Source: an uncultured Chloroflexia bacterium
GTDB taxonomy: Bacteria > Chloroflexota > Limnocylindria > Limnocylindrales > CSP1-4
Reading direction: 5' to 3'
DNA length: 64,000 bases
Assembly (NCBI GenBank): GCA_963844945.1
Contig: CAWJQZ010000046.1
Coordinates: 152,000-215,999, forward strand
In this document: one piece after another, positions 27,189 to 37,103 of the stretch
Layout of the letters: every line of letters begins with the position of its first letter
How positions within the stretch are numbered: the first letter of the stretch is position 1
Made by a program: the position numbers and the translations under genes
Notes under the pieces: model-generated
The model's database searches: none
Told to the model about the DNA's origin: nothing
Seen by the model: the letters and a program-made list of their open reading frames with translations, nothing else

Positions 27189-28676
27189 GTGGGCGGCCTT
27201 GTCCTCGGGATCGACGTCTCCACGACGGCCACGAAGGCGCTGCTCGTCGAGCCGTCCGGCGCGGTGCGCGCGACCGGCGTCTCGGAGTACCCGCTCTCGA
27301 CGCCGCAGCCGCTCTGGAGCGAGCAGGACCCGGCGCTCTGGTGGGAGGGCGCGGTCGTCGCGATCCGCGCGGCACTCGACGCAGCGGGGATCGATGGCGG
27401 CGAGGTCGCCGCCGTCGGCCTCACCGGCCAGATGCACGGCGCGGTCCTTCTCGACGCCGCCGACGCGGTCCTGCGGCCCGCGATCCTCTGGAACGACCAG
27501 CGCACGGGCGCCGAGTGCGACGCCATCCGCGCGGCGGTCGGGCCGGAGCGCCTCGTCGCCATCACGGGGAACGACGCGATCACCGGCTTCACCGCGCCCA
27601 AGCTCGTCTGGGTCCGCGACCACGAGCCCGACGTGTGGCGCCGCGTGGCGCACGTCCTCCTGCCGAAGGACTACGTGCGGCTCCGCCTGACCGGCGACCA
27701 CGCGATGGACAAGGCGGACGGGGCCGGGACGCTCCTCTTCGACCTCGCCGCGCGCGACTGGTCGCCGGTCGTCCTCGACGCCCTGGGGATCGACCGCGCG
27801 TGGATGCCGCCGACGTACGAGGGCCCGTCGGTGACGGGGGTGGTCACGGCGGCCGCCGCCGCAGCGACCGGGCTCCGCGCCGGGACGCCCGTCGTGGCCG
27901 GCGGAGGCGACCAGGCCGCGAACGCCGTCGGCGTCGGCGCGGTGGATCCCGGGATCGTCGCGCTCTCGCTCGGCACCTCGGGCGTGATCTTCGCCGCGAC
28001 CGACGCGCCGCTCTTCGAGCCGCACGGCCGCGTCCACGCCTTCTGCCACGCGGTCCCGGCACGATGGCACATGATGTCCGTCATGCTCTCGGCCGCGGGG
28101 AGCCTCCGGTGGTTCCGCGACGCGCTCGCCCCGGGCGAGGGCTTCGGCCCGCTCGCCGACGAGGCCGCGACCGTCCAGGCAGGAAGCGACGGCCTGCTCT
28201 TCCTCCCCTACCTCTCGGGCGAGCGGAGCCCGTACCCGGACCCGCTGGCGCGTGGGGCCTTCGTCGGGCTCACGCTCATCCACGAGCGGCGCCACATGAC
28301 CCGCGCCGTGCTCGAGGGCGTGGCGTTCGGGCTGCGCGACGGCCTGGACCTGATGGTGGACGCGGGGATGCCGTCGCCGACGACGATCCGAGCCTCCGGC
28401 GGCGGCACGGCGAGCCCGGTCTGGCGGTCGATCCTCGCGGACGTGCTCGGCGCCGACATCGCGACCGTCGACACGCCCGAGGGCGCCGCGTTCGGCGCGG
28501 CGCTCCTCGCAGCGGTCGGTGCCGGCTGGTATCCGACCGTGACCGCTGCGGCCGACGCGACCGTGCGGACGACGCCGGCGGCAACGCCGGGACCGGACGC
28601 CGCGCACTACGCCGAGATCCACGCGCTCTACCGCGACCTCTACCCGGCGCTCGCCCCCACGTTCCGCCGGCTCTGA
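27189..28676 (+). CDS. xylB: Xylulokinase
   Basis: Intact 495-aa track [64 protein letters not shown]. Confidence 0.9.
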   Translation: MGGLVLGIDVSTTATKALLVEPSGAVRATGVSEYPLSTPQPLWSEQDPALWWEGAVVAIRAALDAAGIDGGEVAAVGLTGQMHGAVLLDAADAVLRPAILWNDQRTGAECDAIRAAVGPERLVAITGNDAITGFTAPKLVWVRDHEPDVWRRVAHVLLPKDYVRLRLTGDHAMDKADGAGTLLFDLAARDWSPVVLDALGIDRAWMPPTYEGPSVTGVVTAAAAAATGLRAGTPVVAGGGDQAANAVGVGAVDPGIVALSLGTSGVIFAATDAPLFEPHGRVHAFCHAVPARWHMMSVMLSAAGSLRWFRDALAPGEGFGPLADEAATVQAGSDGLLFLPYLSGERSPYPDPLARGAFVGLTLIHERRHMTRAVLEGVAFGLRDGLDLMVDAGMPSPTTIRASGGGTASPVWRSILADVLGADIATVDTPEGAAFGAALLAAVGAGWYPTVTAAADATVRTTPAATPGPDAAHYAEIHALYRDLYPALAPTFRRL

Positions 28677-28689
28677 CCCGCGGACGCAC

Positions 28690-28718
28690 CGAGGGGACGC
28701 CCGCCGGGCGTCCCCTCG
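28690..28718. terminator. Bidirectional terminator between convergent xylB and xylG
   Basis: CGAGGGGACGCCC-gcc-GGGCGTCCCCTCG, perfect 13-bp stem. Confidence 0.6.
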
Positions 28719-28756
28719 TGATGTCGCGTGGTCCGGGCGGCCGCCGGCCGCCTCCC

Positions 28757-29659
28757 TCAGTCGTGGAGCGCTTCGAGCTCCGTCTTGGTCACGTCGCCGG
28801 GCTGCTTGCCCATGATGATCATCGCGAGGATCTCGTCCTTGGTGACGCGATCCTTGTGGACGGTCCCCACGAGCTTCCCCTGCAGCATGACGCTGATCCG
28901 GTCGGACAGGTCGTACACGTCGTGGATGTCGTGGCTGATGAGGAAGATCCCGATGCCCTCGGCCTTGAGCTGGATGACGAGGTCGCGCACCTGCGCCGTC
29001 TCGGCCGGGCCGAGCGCCGCCGTGGGCTCGTCCATGATGAGGATCCGTGCGTTGAAGTGGACGGCCCGTGCGATCGCGATCGACTGCCGCTGGCCGCCGG
29101 AGAGCGACTTCACCGGGGTCTTGAAGTTCTTGAACCGCGGGTTCAGCCGCCCCATCACCCCGCGGGTCGCGGACTCCATCGCCGCGTCGTCGAGCGACCC
29201 CATGCGCGAGCGCAGCTCGCGCCCGAGGAAGACGTTGCCCGCCGCGTCGATGTTGTCCGCGAGCGCGAGCGTCTGGTAGATCGTCTCGATCCCGTAGGTC
29301 TTGGCGTCACGCGGGTTCCGGATCGAGACCGGCTCCCCGTTGATGAGGATCTGGCCCGCGTCCGCCGGGTGTGCACCGGACAGGGTCCGGATGAGGGTGG
29401 ACTTGCCGGCGCCGTTGCCGCCGACGAGGCCCACGACCTCGCCGGGGTACAGGTCGACCGTCACGCCCTCCACGGCATGGACGCCGCCGAACGCGACGTA
29501 GATGTCGCGCATCTCGACGAGCGGCGCGCTCGAGCCCGCGGGTCGCGGCGCCGGCGCGGCGGACCGGCGCTCGATGGGCTCCTGGGTCGTGTCAGGCGGA
29601 GGAAGGATGGGCGAGCCGCCGGGGAGGTCGAGCTCGGTGGGTCCGTCGTTCATCGACAT
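28757..29659 (-). CDS. xylG: Sugar (xylose-type) ABC transporter ATP-binding protein, single ATPase domain
   Basis: GGGAGG RBS before ATG 29659. This is the tail of track ORF 28757..30805: [20 protein letters not shown] (Walker A), [32 protein letters not shown]. Confidence 0.8.
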   Translation of the reverse strand: MSMNDGPTELDLPGGSPILPPPDTTQEPIERRSAAPAPRPAGSSAPLVEMRDIYVAFGGVHAVEGVTVDLYPGEVVGLVGGNGAGKSTLIRTLSGAHPADAGQILINGEPVSIRNPRDAKTYGIETIYQTLALADNIDAAGNVFLGRELRSRMGSLDDAAMESATRGVMGRLNPRFKNFKTPVKSLSGGQRQSIAIARAVHFNARILIMDEPTAALGPAETAQVRDLVIQLKAEGIGIFLISHDIHDVYDLSDRISVMLQGKLVGTVHKDRVTKDEILAMIIMGKQPGDVTKTELEALHD

Positions 29660-29676
29660 CTGTCTGCCTCCCGCGC

Positions 29677-30990
29677 TCAGCCGGCCCGCCGCCGGAGATA
29701 GGAGTCGAAGCCCACGGCCGCGACGAGCACGATGCCGACGACGACGTCCTGCGTGGGGGAGTCGACGTTCAGCAGGAGCATGCCGGAGCGCAGCGACTGC
29801 ATGACGACCGCGCCGAGGATCGCCCCGGGGATCGTCCCGATGCCGCCGGCGAACGAGGTGCCGCCGATGACGGCAGCCGCGATGACGTCGAGCTCGTTCT
29901 GAACGCCGAGGTTCGTGACGGCGGAGTTGAGGCGGGCCGTCTGGACGGCCGCGCTGATCGCCGCGAGGACGCCCATGAGGACGAAGGTCTTCATGATCGT
30001 CGAGCGGACGTTGATGCCGCCGAGCTCCGCGGCGTCCGGGTTGCCGCCGATCGCGTAGACGTACCGGCCGAACCGCCGCCGGGTCGCGATGTACGTCATC
30101 ACGAGCCCGACCGCGAGCATGATGACGACCGGGATCGCGATGCCGGTCGGGATCCCGCCGACCGGGATCGGGTTGCCGGTCTCCTGCGACCACTGCTGCG
30201 CGAGAGCCTCGGGCCACACGTAGGCGTTCGCGATCCACACGGCGCCGACGACGACGCCGCACGCGATGACGCCCACGACCACTTCCGCCCAGAGCGGCCG
30301 TGCCGGGAACCCGTACCGCCGCTTGCGCCGCCTGCCCGCCCACAGCGTGAAGACGATCCCCACACAGACCAGGGCGCCCAGGATCCAGCTGGGCAGGAAC
30401 CCGAGCGACCCCTTGGGACCGCCGCCGAAGAGCTGGAAGATGTCGTTGAGGGGGGCGAGCGTCTGGCCTTGCTGGAAGCGGAAGATCAGGCCGCGCCAGA
30501 CGAGCAGCCCGCCGAGGGTGACGATGAAGGACGGGACGCCTAGGTAGGCGACGATCGTCCCGGAGATCGCACCCATGCCCGCGCCGATGGCGATCCCGAT
30601 GCCGAGCGCGACGATCCAGATCCACGGCTCGTGATAGCTGACCCCGAAGACCGTCGGGAGCCAGATGACCTGGACCATCGCCATGATGTAGCCGATGAGG
30701 CCGAGCATCGACCCGACGGACAGGTCGATGTTGCGCGAGACGATGATCAGGACCATGCCTGTGGCCATGATCGCGATCGAGGCGCTCTGGACCGACAGGT
30801 TCCACAGGTTCCGCGGGGTCAGGAAGTTCCCGCCCGAGACGATGTGGAAGAAGACCCAGATGACCGCGAGCGCGGCGATCATCCCGAGGAGCCGGGTGTC
30901 CAGCTCCAGCGCGAAGAGTGTCGACCGCAGTGATCTCGGGGGCGGGGTCTCCCCCGTCGTGCCCTGGGACGGGATGGTCGTCTCGGTCAT
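29677..30990 (-). CDS. xylH: Sugar (xylose-type) ABC transporter permease
   Basis: Intact 437-aa track ORF, about 10-12 TM segments. [49 protein letters not shown]. Confidence 0.85.
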   Translation of the reverse strand: MTETTIPSQGTTGETPPPRSLRSTLFALELDTRLLGMIAALAVIWVFFHIVSGGNFLTPRNLWNLSVQSASIAIMATGMVLIIVSRNIDLSVGSMLGLIGYIMAMVQVIWLPTVFGVSYHEPWIWIVALGIGIAIGAGMGAISGTIVAYLGVPSFIVTLGGLLVWRGLIFRFQQGQTLAPLNDIFQLFGGGPKGSLGFLPSWILGALVCVGIVFTLWAGRRRKRRYGFPARPLWAEVVVGVIACGVVVGAVWIANAYVWPEALAQQWSQETGNPIPVGGIPTGIAIPVVIMLAVGLVMTYIATRRRFGRYVYAIGGNPDAAELGGINVRSTIMKTFVLMGVLAAISAAVQTARLNSAVTNLGVQNELDVIAAAVIGGTSFAGGIGTIPGAILGAVVMQSLRSGMLLLNVDSPTQDVVVGIVLVAAVGFDSYLRRRAG

Positions 30991-31026
30991 CGCGGAGCCT
31001 CTCGAACCGGACGGGCGGAAAAGGAA

Positions 31027-31065
31027 AGCGCCCTGCGCCGCGTACGTTACGCGGCGCAGGGCGCT
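31027..31065 (-). terminator. Intercistronic 18-bp perfect hairpin plus T-rich tract between xylF and xylH
   Basis: Minus-strand transcript: AGCGCCCUGCGCCGCGUA-acg-UACGCGGCGCAGGGCGCU followed by UUCCUUUUCC (plus strand ggaaaaggaa at about 31017-31026). Confidence 0.55.
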
Positions 31066-31083
31066 GATTTCACGTCAGGTCCG

Positions 31084-32250
31084 TCAGCAGCCTGCGACGG
31101 AGCCGGCGGGGACGTCCTTGCAGAGGGCGTCCTTGGTGATCCAGCCGGCGTCAAGGACGATGTTGAGGTTGTCCTTGGTGATCGCCTGCGGGGTGAGGAA
31201 GATGGAGGTCATGTCGTTGCCGCCGGGGCTCATGAACTGGACCGTGGCGGCGTCGCTGACCTTGACGTTCTTGATGTTCTTGTCGGCGCAGAGAGCGAGC
31301 GCGGCCTCGCCGGCAGCCTTGCCGAGAAGCCGGGCGTCCTTCCAGACGTCGACGGTCTGGGTGCCGAGGGCGACCCGGTTGAGGGCGGCGCCGTCGCCGT
31401 CCTGGCCGGAGACCGGGACCTTGCCCGCGAGGCCCTGGGCAGCAAGAGCCGCGATGACGCCGCCGGCCATGCCGTCGTTCTCGACGAAGGCGATGTCGAT
31501 GGCGTTGTTATTCGCGGTCAGGAACTGCTCCATCTCCTTCTGGGCGTTGGCCGGATCCCAGTTGTCGGTGTAGGTCTCGCCGACGTTCTTGAGCTTGTCG
31601 CTGCTCTGGCCTGCCTCGGGCACGCCTGCCTCGACCATGCCGGCGCGGAGGAAGTCCGCGTTGGCGTCGGCCTTGTTGCCCTTGATGACGACGTAGTTGC
31701 CGGAGTCCTTGACCTTCAGGAGGGCCTCGGCCTCGAGCTTGCCGACGAGCTTGTTGTCGAACGTGATGTAGAGCGCCGTCGGGTCCTCGATGAGGCGGTC
31801 ATACGCGATGACCGGGACGCCGTTGCTGATCGCGCTGGCGACGGCCGGCTTGATCGCGGTGCCGTCCTGCGCGAGGACGATAACGACGTTCGCGCCCTGC
31901 GAGATCAGGTTCTCGACGTTGCTGGCCTGGGTCTCGGCGGACGACTTGGCGTCGTTCGAGATGTACTTGGCGCCACCGGCCTCGAGAGCGGCCTTGATGG
32001 CGGGCTCATCCCACTTGGCCCAGCGCTCCTCCTGGTAGTTGTTCCAGGAGACGCCGACGGTGCAGGCCTGCGCCGCAGCGGACTCGGACGGCGCAACGGT
32101 CGCCGGGGCCACGGTCGCCGGAGCGGCGGTAGCCGGGGCGGCGGTGGCCGGAGCGGTCGATGCGCTCGGAGCCGGCGTCGCCGAGCTCGAGCATGCCGCC
32201 ACGACGACGGCGGCGGTCGCCACGATCGCCAACAGTCTGCGATTCACCAC
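31084..32250 (-). CDS. xylF: D-xylose-type ABC substrate-binding lipoprotein
   Basis: GAGGAGGAG lies 7 nt before GTG 32250, within track ORF 31084..32307. Lipobox VVVAAC, Ala/Pro/Thr linker, then CTVGVSWNNYQEERWAKWDEPAIKAALEAGGAKYISNDAKSSAETQASNVENLISQGANVVIVLAQDG. Confidence 0.85.
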   Translation of the reverse strand: MVNRRLLAIVATAAVVVAACSSSATPAPSASTAPATAAPATAAPATVAPATVAPSESAAAQACTVGVSWNNYQEERWAKWDEPAIKAALEAGGAKYISNDAKSSAETQASNVENLISQGANVVIVLAQDGTAIKPAVASAISNGVPVIAYDRLIEDPTALYITFDNKLVGKLEAEALLKVKDSGNYVVIKGNKADANADFLRAGMVEAGVPEAGQSSDKLKNVGETYTDNWDPANAQKEMEQFLTANNNAIDIAFVENDGMAGGVIAALAAQGLAGKVPVSGQDGDGAALNRVALGTQTVDVWKDARLLGKAAGEAALALCADKNIKNVKVSDAATVQFMSPGGNDMTSIFLTPQAITKDNLNIVLDAGWITKDALCKDVPAGSVAGC

Positions 32251-32264
32251 TGGTTCTCTCCTCC

Positions 32265-32304
32265 TCGATCCACGGAATGCCCGCGTGGGATCGCTCGATC
32301 CACG
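32265..32304 (-). promoter_or_regulatory. Three-segment repeat in the xylF 5' leader that can form mutually exclusive hairpins next to the Shine-Dalgarno
   Basis: Transcript order: CGUGGAUCGA (32304-32295), CGAUCCCACG (32293-32284), CGUGGAUCGA (32274-32265), then GGAGGAGAGAACCA-GUG. The middle segment is complementary to both flanking copies. Confidence 0.4.
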
Positions 32305-32412
32305 CACACGGGTCCGATAGGATACGCCCCTAGGCTACCACCCCCTCCAGAAGTACCCCTCCGGCGACGGATGCCGACGCGCGGCCGGGAGTCGGATGCC
32401 GAGGCGTCGCGC

Positions 32413-33693
32413 TCATGCGGACGCCAGCTGGGAGGCTTCACGGGAACGGCCGATCCACATGGAGGGATCGTCCAGGAGCGGCTCGAAGGCGAGCTCTGCC
32501 GCCCCGATGAGCGGCGCATCCACGCCCAGCAGGGACGGGACGACCCGGACGAGGGCGCGGGGCGCGGGAAGGGCGCGGCGCTCCAGCAGCTCCTCCATCG
32601 ACCGCTCGATGTGCGGATGGAAGCGGGCGAAGAGGCCGCCCACGACGACGAGGTCCGGGTCGAAGAGGTTCACGAGGCCGGCGATCCCCACGCCCAGCCA
32701 CCGGCCCACCTCCTCGAGCGCGGCCAGTGCGCGTGGGCCCCCCGCGCCGGCGGCGGCGATGAGCGCCTCGACGGCCGCCCGGCCGCCGTCCGGCGGATAG
32801 CCCGCGAGCGCGAGGAGGGCCTCCTCGCCGACCTCCGTCTCCCAGCAGCCGGTCGAGCCACAGCGGCACGGACGCCCGTCCGCCCTGACCGGCATGTGTC
32901 CCACCTCGCCGCCGTAGCCGGCGGCGCCGGTGAGCGGCCGGCCGCCGACGATGACGCCGCCGCCGACGCCGACCTCGCCGAAGACGAAAACGAGGTCGTC
33001 CACGCCGGTCGCGGCCCCGCGGCGGAGCTCGGCCAGGGCGCCGAGGTCGGCCTCGTTCGCGACGTGGACCGGCGCATCGGTCCCGAGCGCACGGCCCAGG
33101 ACCGCGCCGAGCGGCACGTCCGTCCAGCCGAGGTTCGGGGCCATCCGGACGAGCCCGTCCGCGCGCCGGACCAGGCCCGCGACGGCCACGCCCACTCCCA
33201 CGAGCCGGTCGGTCCCGCCGGCCTCCTCGCGGAGCGGCGCGACCAGGTCCACGAGGGCCGCGACGGTCGCCTCCACGGTGCCGGCCTCGCGCCGGCGGTC
33301 GGCCTCGCGCATGGCGATGACGGACCCGCCTAGGCCCACGAGGGCTGCCGCGACGCGGTCCACGGTCACGGCGAGGGCGAGGACGGTCGCGCCGTCGCGG
33401 ACGGCGCGGACGAGGGGGGACGGGCGTCCGGGCGTGCCCGTCGGCGCGGGCTGCTCCTCGGCGACGAGCCCGGCAAGGGCCAGCTCGCCGACCAGGCTGC
33501 GGATCGCGCTGCGGGTGAGGCCGGTGTGGGCCACGAGGTCCGAGCGGGAGAGGGGCCCGGCGAGGTGGAGGGCACGCAGGACCGCGCTGAGGTTCGCGCG
33601 GCGCACCGTCTCGCTGCGCTGGCCCAGGTCCACGGCTCGTGTCGGCACCGGTCGCGTCGCCCCCAGGGTTTGTTTTGTGTTCCTCTCTTTCAA
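32413..33693 (-). CDS. xylR: ROK-family transcriptional repressor (XylR-like)
   Basis: Intact track ORF. HTH RRANLSAVLRALHLAGPLSRSDLVAHTGLTRSAIRSLVGELALAGLV. ROK sugar-kinase-like domain with zinc motif GHMPVRADGRPCRCGSTGCWE. Start is uncertain (TTG 33693 or GTG about 33648). Confidence 0.85.
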   Translation of the reverse strand: MKERNTKQTLGATRPVPTRAVDLGQRSETVRRANLSAVLRALHLAGPLSRSDLVAHTGLTRSAIRSLVGELALAGLVAEEQPAPTGTPGRPSPLVRAVRDGATVLALAVTVDRVAAALVGLGGSVIAMREADRRREAGTVEATVAALVDLVAPLREEAGGTDRLVGVGVAVAGLVRRADGLVRMAPNLGWTDVPLGAVLGRALGTDAPVHVANEADLGALAELRRGAATGVDDLVFVFGEVGVGGGVIVGGRPLTGAAGYGGEVGHMPVRADGRPCRCGSTGCWETEVGEEALLALAGYPPDGGRAAVEALIAAAGAGGPRALAALEEVGRWLGVGIAGLVNLFDPDLVVVGGLFARFHPHIERSMEELLERRALPAPRALVRVVPSLLGVDAPLIGAAELAFEPLLDDPSMWIGRSREASQLASA

Positions 33694-33694
33694 A
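33674..33694. promoter_or_regulatory. Second candidate XylR box (TTTGTGTTCCTCTCTTTCAAA), nested in GGTTTG-N18-CAAACC
   Basis: 15 of 21 positions match the xylA box TTTGTGCTTCTCTTGCACAAA. It sits in the divergent xylR / Gfo-oxidoreductase region. Confidence 0.45.
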
Positions 33695-33703
33695 CCTTCT
33701 GAT

Positions 33704-33733
33704 AGGCTCGTACACGGCGGGAGGCGATGTCAA
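33704..33733 (-). promoter_or_regulatory. Candidate xylR promoter TTGACA-N18-GAGCCT
   Basis: Minus strand: TTGACA (33733-33728), an 18-nt spacer, then GAGCCT (33709-33704). The XylR-like box follows immediately downstream. Confidence 0.4.
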
Positions 33734-33853
33734 GTGCATCCCGCGTCGGACCGGGCCGCCGGACGGATCCGTCGGCCGCCCGGAGCCCCGCGGACCCGGC
33801 GGGGCCTGGGGCGACGTCCGGGCACGCGCAGAGGAGGCGCGGGCGATGTTCCG

Positions 33854-34888
33854 ATGGCTGACCCCGTGACCGCGCTCGGCTGGGGGATCCTGGGCCCGGG
33901 GCGGATCGCTCCGCGGATCGTGCGCGGCGTCGCCGCGACGGACCGCGGGCGACTCGTCGCGGTCGCGAGCCGCGACCCCGTGCGGGCACGTGCCTTCGCG
34001 GACGCGCAGGGCATCCCGACCGCGCACGGGTCCTACGAGGCGCTCCTCGACGACCCGTCCGTGGACGTCGTCTACGTCGCGCTCCCCAACGCGCTGCACG
34101 CCGAGTGGACGATCCGTGCGCTCCGGGCCGGGAAGCACGTCCTGTGCGAGAAGCCGCTCGCCCTCTCGGTCGCGGAGGTCGATGCGATCGCGGACGCGGC
34201 TCGCGCGAGCAGCAGGATCGCCGTCGAGGCGTTCATGTATCTCCACCACCCGCAGATCCTCCGCGCGGTCGAGCTCGCGCAGAGCGGTGCCCTCGGGCCG
34301 GTCGAGGTCGTGAGCGGGTCGTTCTCGTTCCCGCTGGCACACCCCGGCGACCCCAGGCTCGACCGTGCCCTCGGTGGCGGCTCGCTCTGGGACGTGGGGT
34401 GCTACCCGGTGACGTTCGCGCACCGCGTGGCGGGTGCGGAGCCGGCCACCGTGGCGGCGGTCGCGCGCTTCGGCCCGGGTGGACACGCCTCGGCATTCGA
34501 CAGGACGTTCGCCGGCCTCCTGCGCTTCCCGGACGGGATGATCGCCGCGTTCGACTGCGGGTTCGCGGCCCCAGACCGGCAACGGCTCGAGGTCGTGGGT
34601 CGAGAGGCGACCCTCCTCCTCGACGCGCCGTTCCTCACGACGCCGGACGGTCCCCCGCCCTCCCTCGTCCTGCGACGCGGCGGGGTCGAGGAGCGGATCG
34701 AGGTGGAGACGGTCGACCAGTACGCGCGCGAGGTGGAGGACCTGACCGGGGCCATCCTCGACGGAAGGGAGCCCCGCGTGGGCCTTGCGTTCAGTCGGGG
34801 TAGCATCGGGACGCTGGCGGCCCTCGACGAGGCTGCCCGGGCAGATGCCGCAGGCGCGGGAGCGCCGGGAGAGGATCCGGACCGATGA
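33854..34888 (+). CDS. Gfo/Idh/MocA family oxidoreductase
   Basis: Tail of track ORF 32930..34888 from ATG 33854: LGWGILGPGRIAPRIVRGVAATDRGRLVAVASRD (Rossmann), LCEKPLALSVAEVDAI. Confidence 0.85.
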   Translation: MADPVTALGWGILGPGRIAPRIVRGVAATDRGRLVAVASRDPVRARAFADAQGIPTAHGSYEALLDDPSVDVVYVALPNALHAEWTIRALRAGKHVLCEKPLALSVAEVDAIADAARASSRIAVEAFMYLHHPQILRAVELAQSGALGPVEVVSGSFSFPLAHPGDPRLDRALGGGSLWDVGCYPVTFAHRVAGAEPATVAAVARFGPGGHASAFDRTFAGLLRFPDGMIAAFDCGFAAPDRQRLEVVGREATLLLDAPFLTTPDGPPPSLVLRRGGVEERIEVETVDQYAREVEDLTGAILDGREPRVGLAFSRGSIGTLAALDEAARADAAGAGAPGEDPDR

Positions 34889-37012
34889 CTGACGGGCAGG
34901 GGGGCACGCGCAGCCCCGACGGGACGCGCAAGGATCCGACGGCATCCACGCAGGCCGGGACCGGCACGGACGCCGTCCATGCACCGCCGACGAAGGCGTC
35001 GGCCGACGACGCGTTCGCCGAGGCGGCTCCGGCTGGCGAGGCCGTGCCTGCCACAGGGGCCACGCCGGATGCCGAGGGCGCTCCGGGCGCTGCGGCCACG
35101 CCGGATGCCGGCACCAAGTCGCCGCCCCCGCGTCGGCGCCGCCGCGGGCTCATCGCCGCGGTCGTCGCCGGCCTCGTCGTCATCGCCGGGATCGTCGGCG
35201 TCCTCGCCTTCGTCGCCCTGCAGCCGCCGCCGAAGCCCGCGTGCCCGACCATCGCGCAGAACCCCGACTGGTCCGTGGCACGGCGCTGGGATGAAGCGAC
35301 CCTCGACGCGATCCGCCGCGCGCTGCCGAACCCGCCCGTCCACGCCCGCAACCTCTTCCACACCTCGGCCGCGATGTACGACGCGTGGGCCGCGTACGAC
35401 CCGACAGCCGAGGGCTACTTCGTGAAGGAGAAGCACAGCGCATCGGACGTCAAGGCGGCCCGCGAGGAGGCGATGAGCTACGCGGCCTACCGGGTCCTGA
35501 CCGAGCGGTACCTGAAGGCGGTCGGCGGGAACGACTCGCTCTCCGAGTTCGACGACGTGATGGACGCCCTCTGCTACCCGATCACGAACACCACGACGGA
35601 GGGCGACTCGCCCGCCGCGGTCGGGAACCGGATCGCCGCCGCGATCATCGCCGCAGGCAAGAACGACGGCTCGAACGAGGCCGGCGGGTACGCCCCGCCG
35701 GACTACACGCCGGTCAACCCGCCGCTGGTCGTCGCCTCCACCGGGATCCCGCCGATGGTGGACCCGACCCGCTGGCAGCCCCTCCAGATCCCCCACATGA
35801 TCAGCCAGAACGGGATCCCGGTGACCAACGGCGTCCAGCAGGCTGTGGGGGTGCACTGGGGTCACGTGACGTCGTTCGCCATGCCGCCCGGCGGCGCGAA
35901 CGGGACGCCGATCGACCCGGGCTACGGGCCACGCCTCGGCGACCCCGCGACCGACCAGGAGCTCAAGACGGAGATCGTCCAGCTCATCCGGGACAGCAGC
36001 GAGCTGGACCCGGCGTCCACCGCCACGATCGACATCTCCCCGGGCGCCCTGGGGAACAACGACCTCGGCACGAACGACGGGAAGGGACACGCCGTCAACC
36101 CCGCGACCGGCCAGCCGTATGCGCCGGACGTCGTGAAGCTCGGAGACTTCGGGCGCGTGATGGCCGAGTTCTGGGCGGACGGGCCGAAGTCCGAGACGCC
36201 CCCCGGCCACTGGAACGTCCTCGCGAACCTCGCGTCGGACCAGATGGCGCCGAACCTGAAGATCGGCGGGACCGGGCCCGGTCGTCGACCGCCTCGAATG
36301 GGACACGAAGATGTACTTCGCGCTGAACGGAGCGGTCCACGATGCCGCGATCGCCGCGTGGGGCCTGAAGGGCTACTACGACACGATCCGGCCGATCTCC
36401 CTCGTCCGGTACATGGGCGGGCTCGGCCAGTCGAGCGACCCGAACCTCCCGTCGTACGCGAAGGAGGGCCTGCCGCTCGAGCCCGGGCTCATCGAGGTGG
36501 TGACGATGGAGAAGACCGCGCCGGGCGGCGAGATGGCCGACCTGAAGGGCCACGAAGGCGAGATCGCCATCCGGGCGTGGGCCGGCCAGCCGAAGGACCC
36601 GAAGACGCAGGTCGGCGGCGTCACGTGGCAGCTCGCGACCGGCTGGATCCCGTACCAGGCGTCCACGTTCGTCACCCCCGCCTTCCCCGCGTATGCCTCG
36701 GGGCACAGCACGTTCAGCCGGGCGGCTGCCGAGGTCCTCACCGCCATGACGGGCAGCGAGTACTTCCCCGGCGGGATGAGCGGCTACACGATCGAGCCCG
36801 GATGGCTCAAGTTCGAGCAGGGGCCGACGACGCCGATCGAGCTCCGCTGGGCGACCTACTACGACGCGGCGGACCAGGCGGGCCAGTCGCGGCTGTGGGG
36901 CGGGATCCACATCCAAGCGGACGACTTCACCGGCAGGAGGATCGGGTCGGATTGCGGCAAGGAGGCCTGGGACCTGGCCACGAAGTACTTCGCCGGGAAG
37001 GTGGGCTCGTGA
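34885..37012 (+). CDS. Membrane-anchored vanadium-dependent haloperoxidase/PAP2-superfamily-like protein; 1 apparent frameshift
   Basis: ATGA overlap with the preceding gene. Low-complexity N-terminus and TM helix GLIAAVVAGLVVIAGIVGVLAFVAL (track ORF 34885..37107). C-domain in track ORF 36311..37012 (FPAYASGHSTFSRAAAEVL...SRLWGGIHIQADDFTGRRIG, PAP2/V-HPO-type His/Arg motifs). Join near 36272. Confidence 0.65.
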
Positions 37013-37103
37013 ACGCGGGTGGGGCCGGCGGCCGGGTCCGGCCCGCGCCCGGCAGTGGCGTCGCGGCCTGCCGGGCGCGGGGGGCGCCGGAGCCGACGCA
37101 CAC

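Noticed and set aside
32080-32160. Tandem DNA repeat encoding APATAAPATAAPATVAPATVAP in xylF
   Set aside because: This is an ordinary Ala/Pro/Thr lipoprotein linker just after the lipobox cysteine. It could vary in length between strains but has no independent functional signal.
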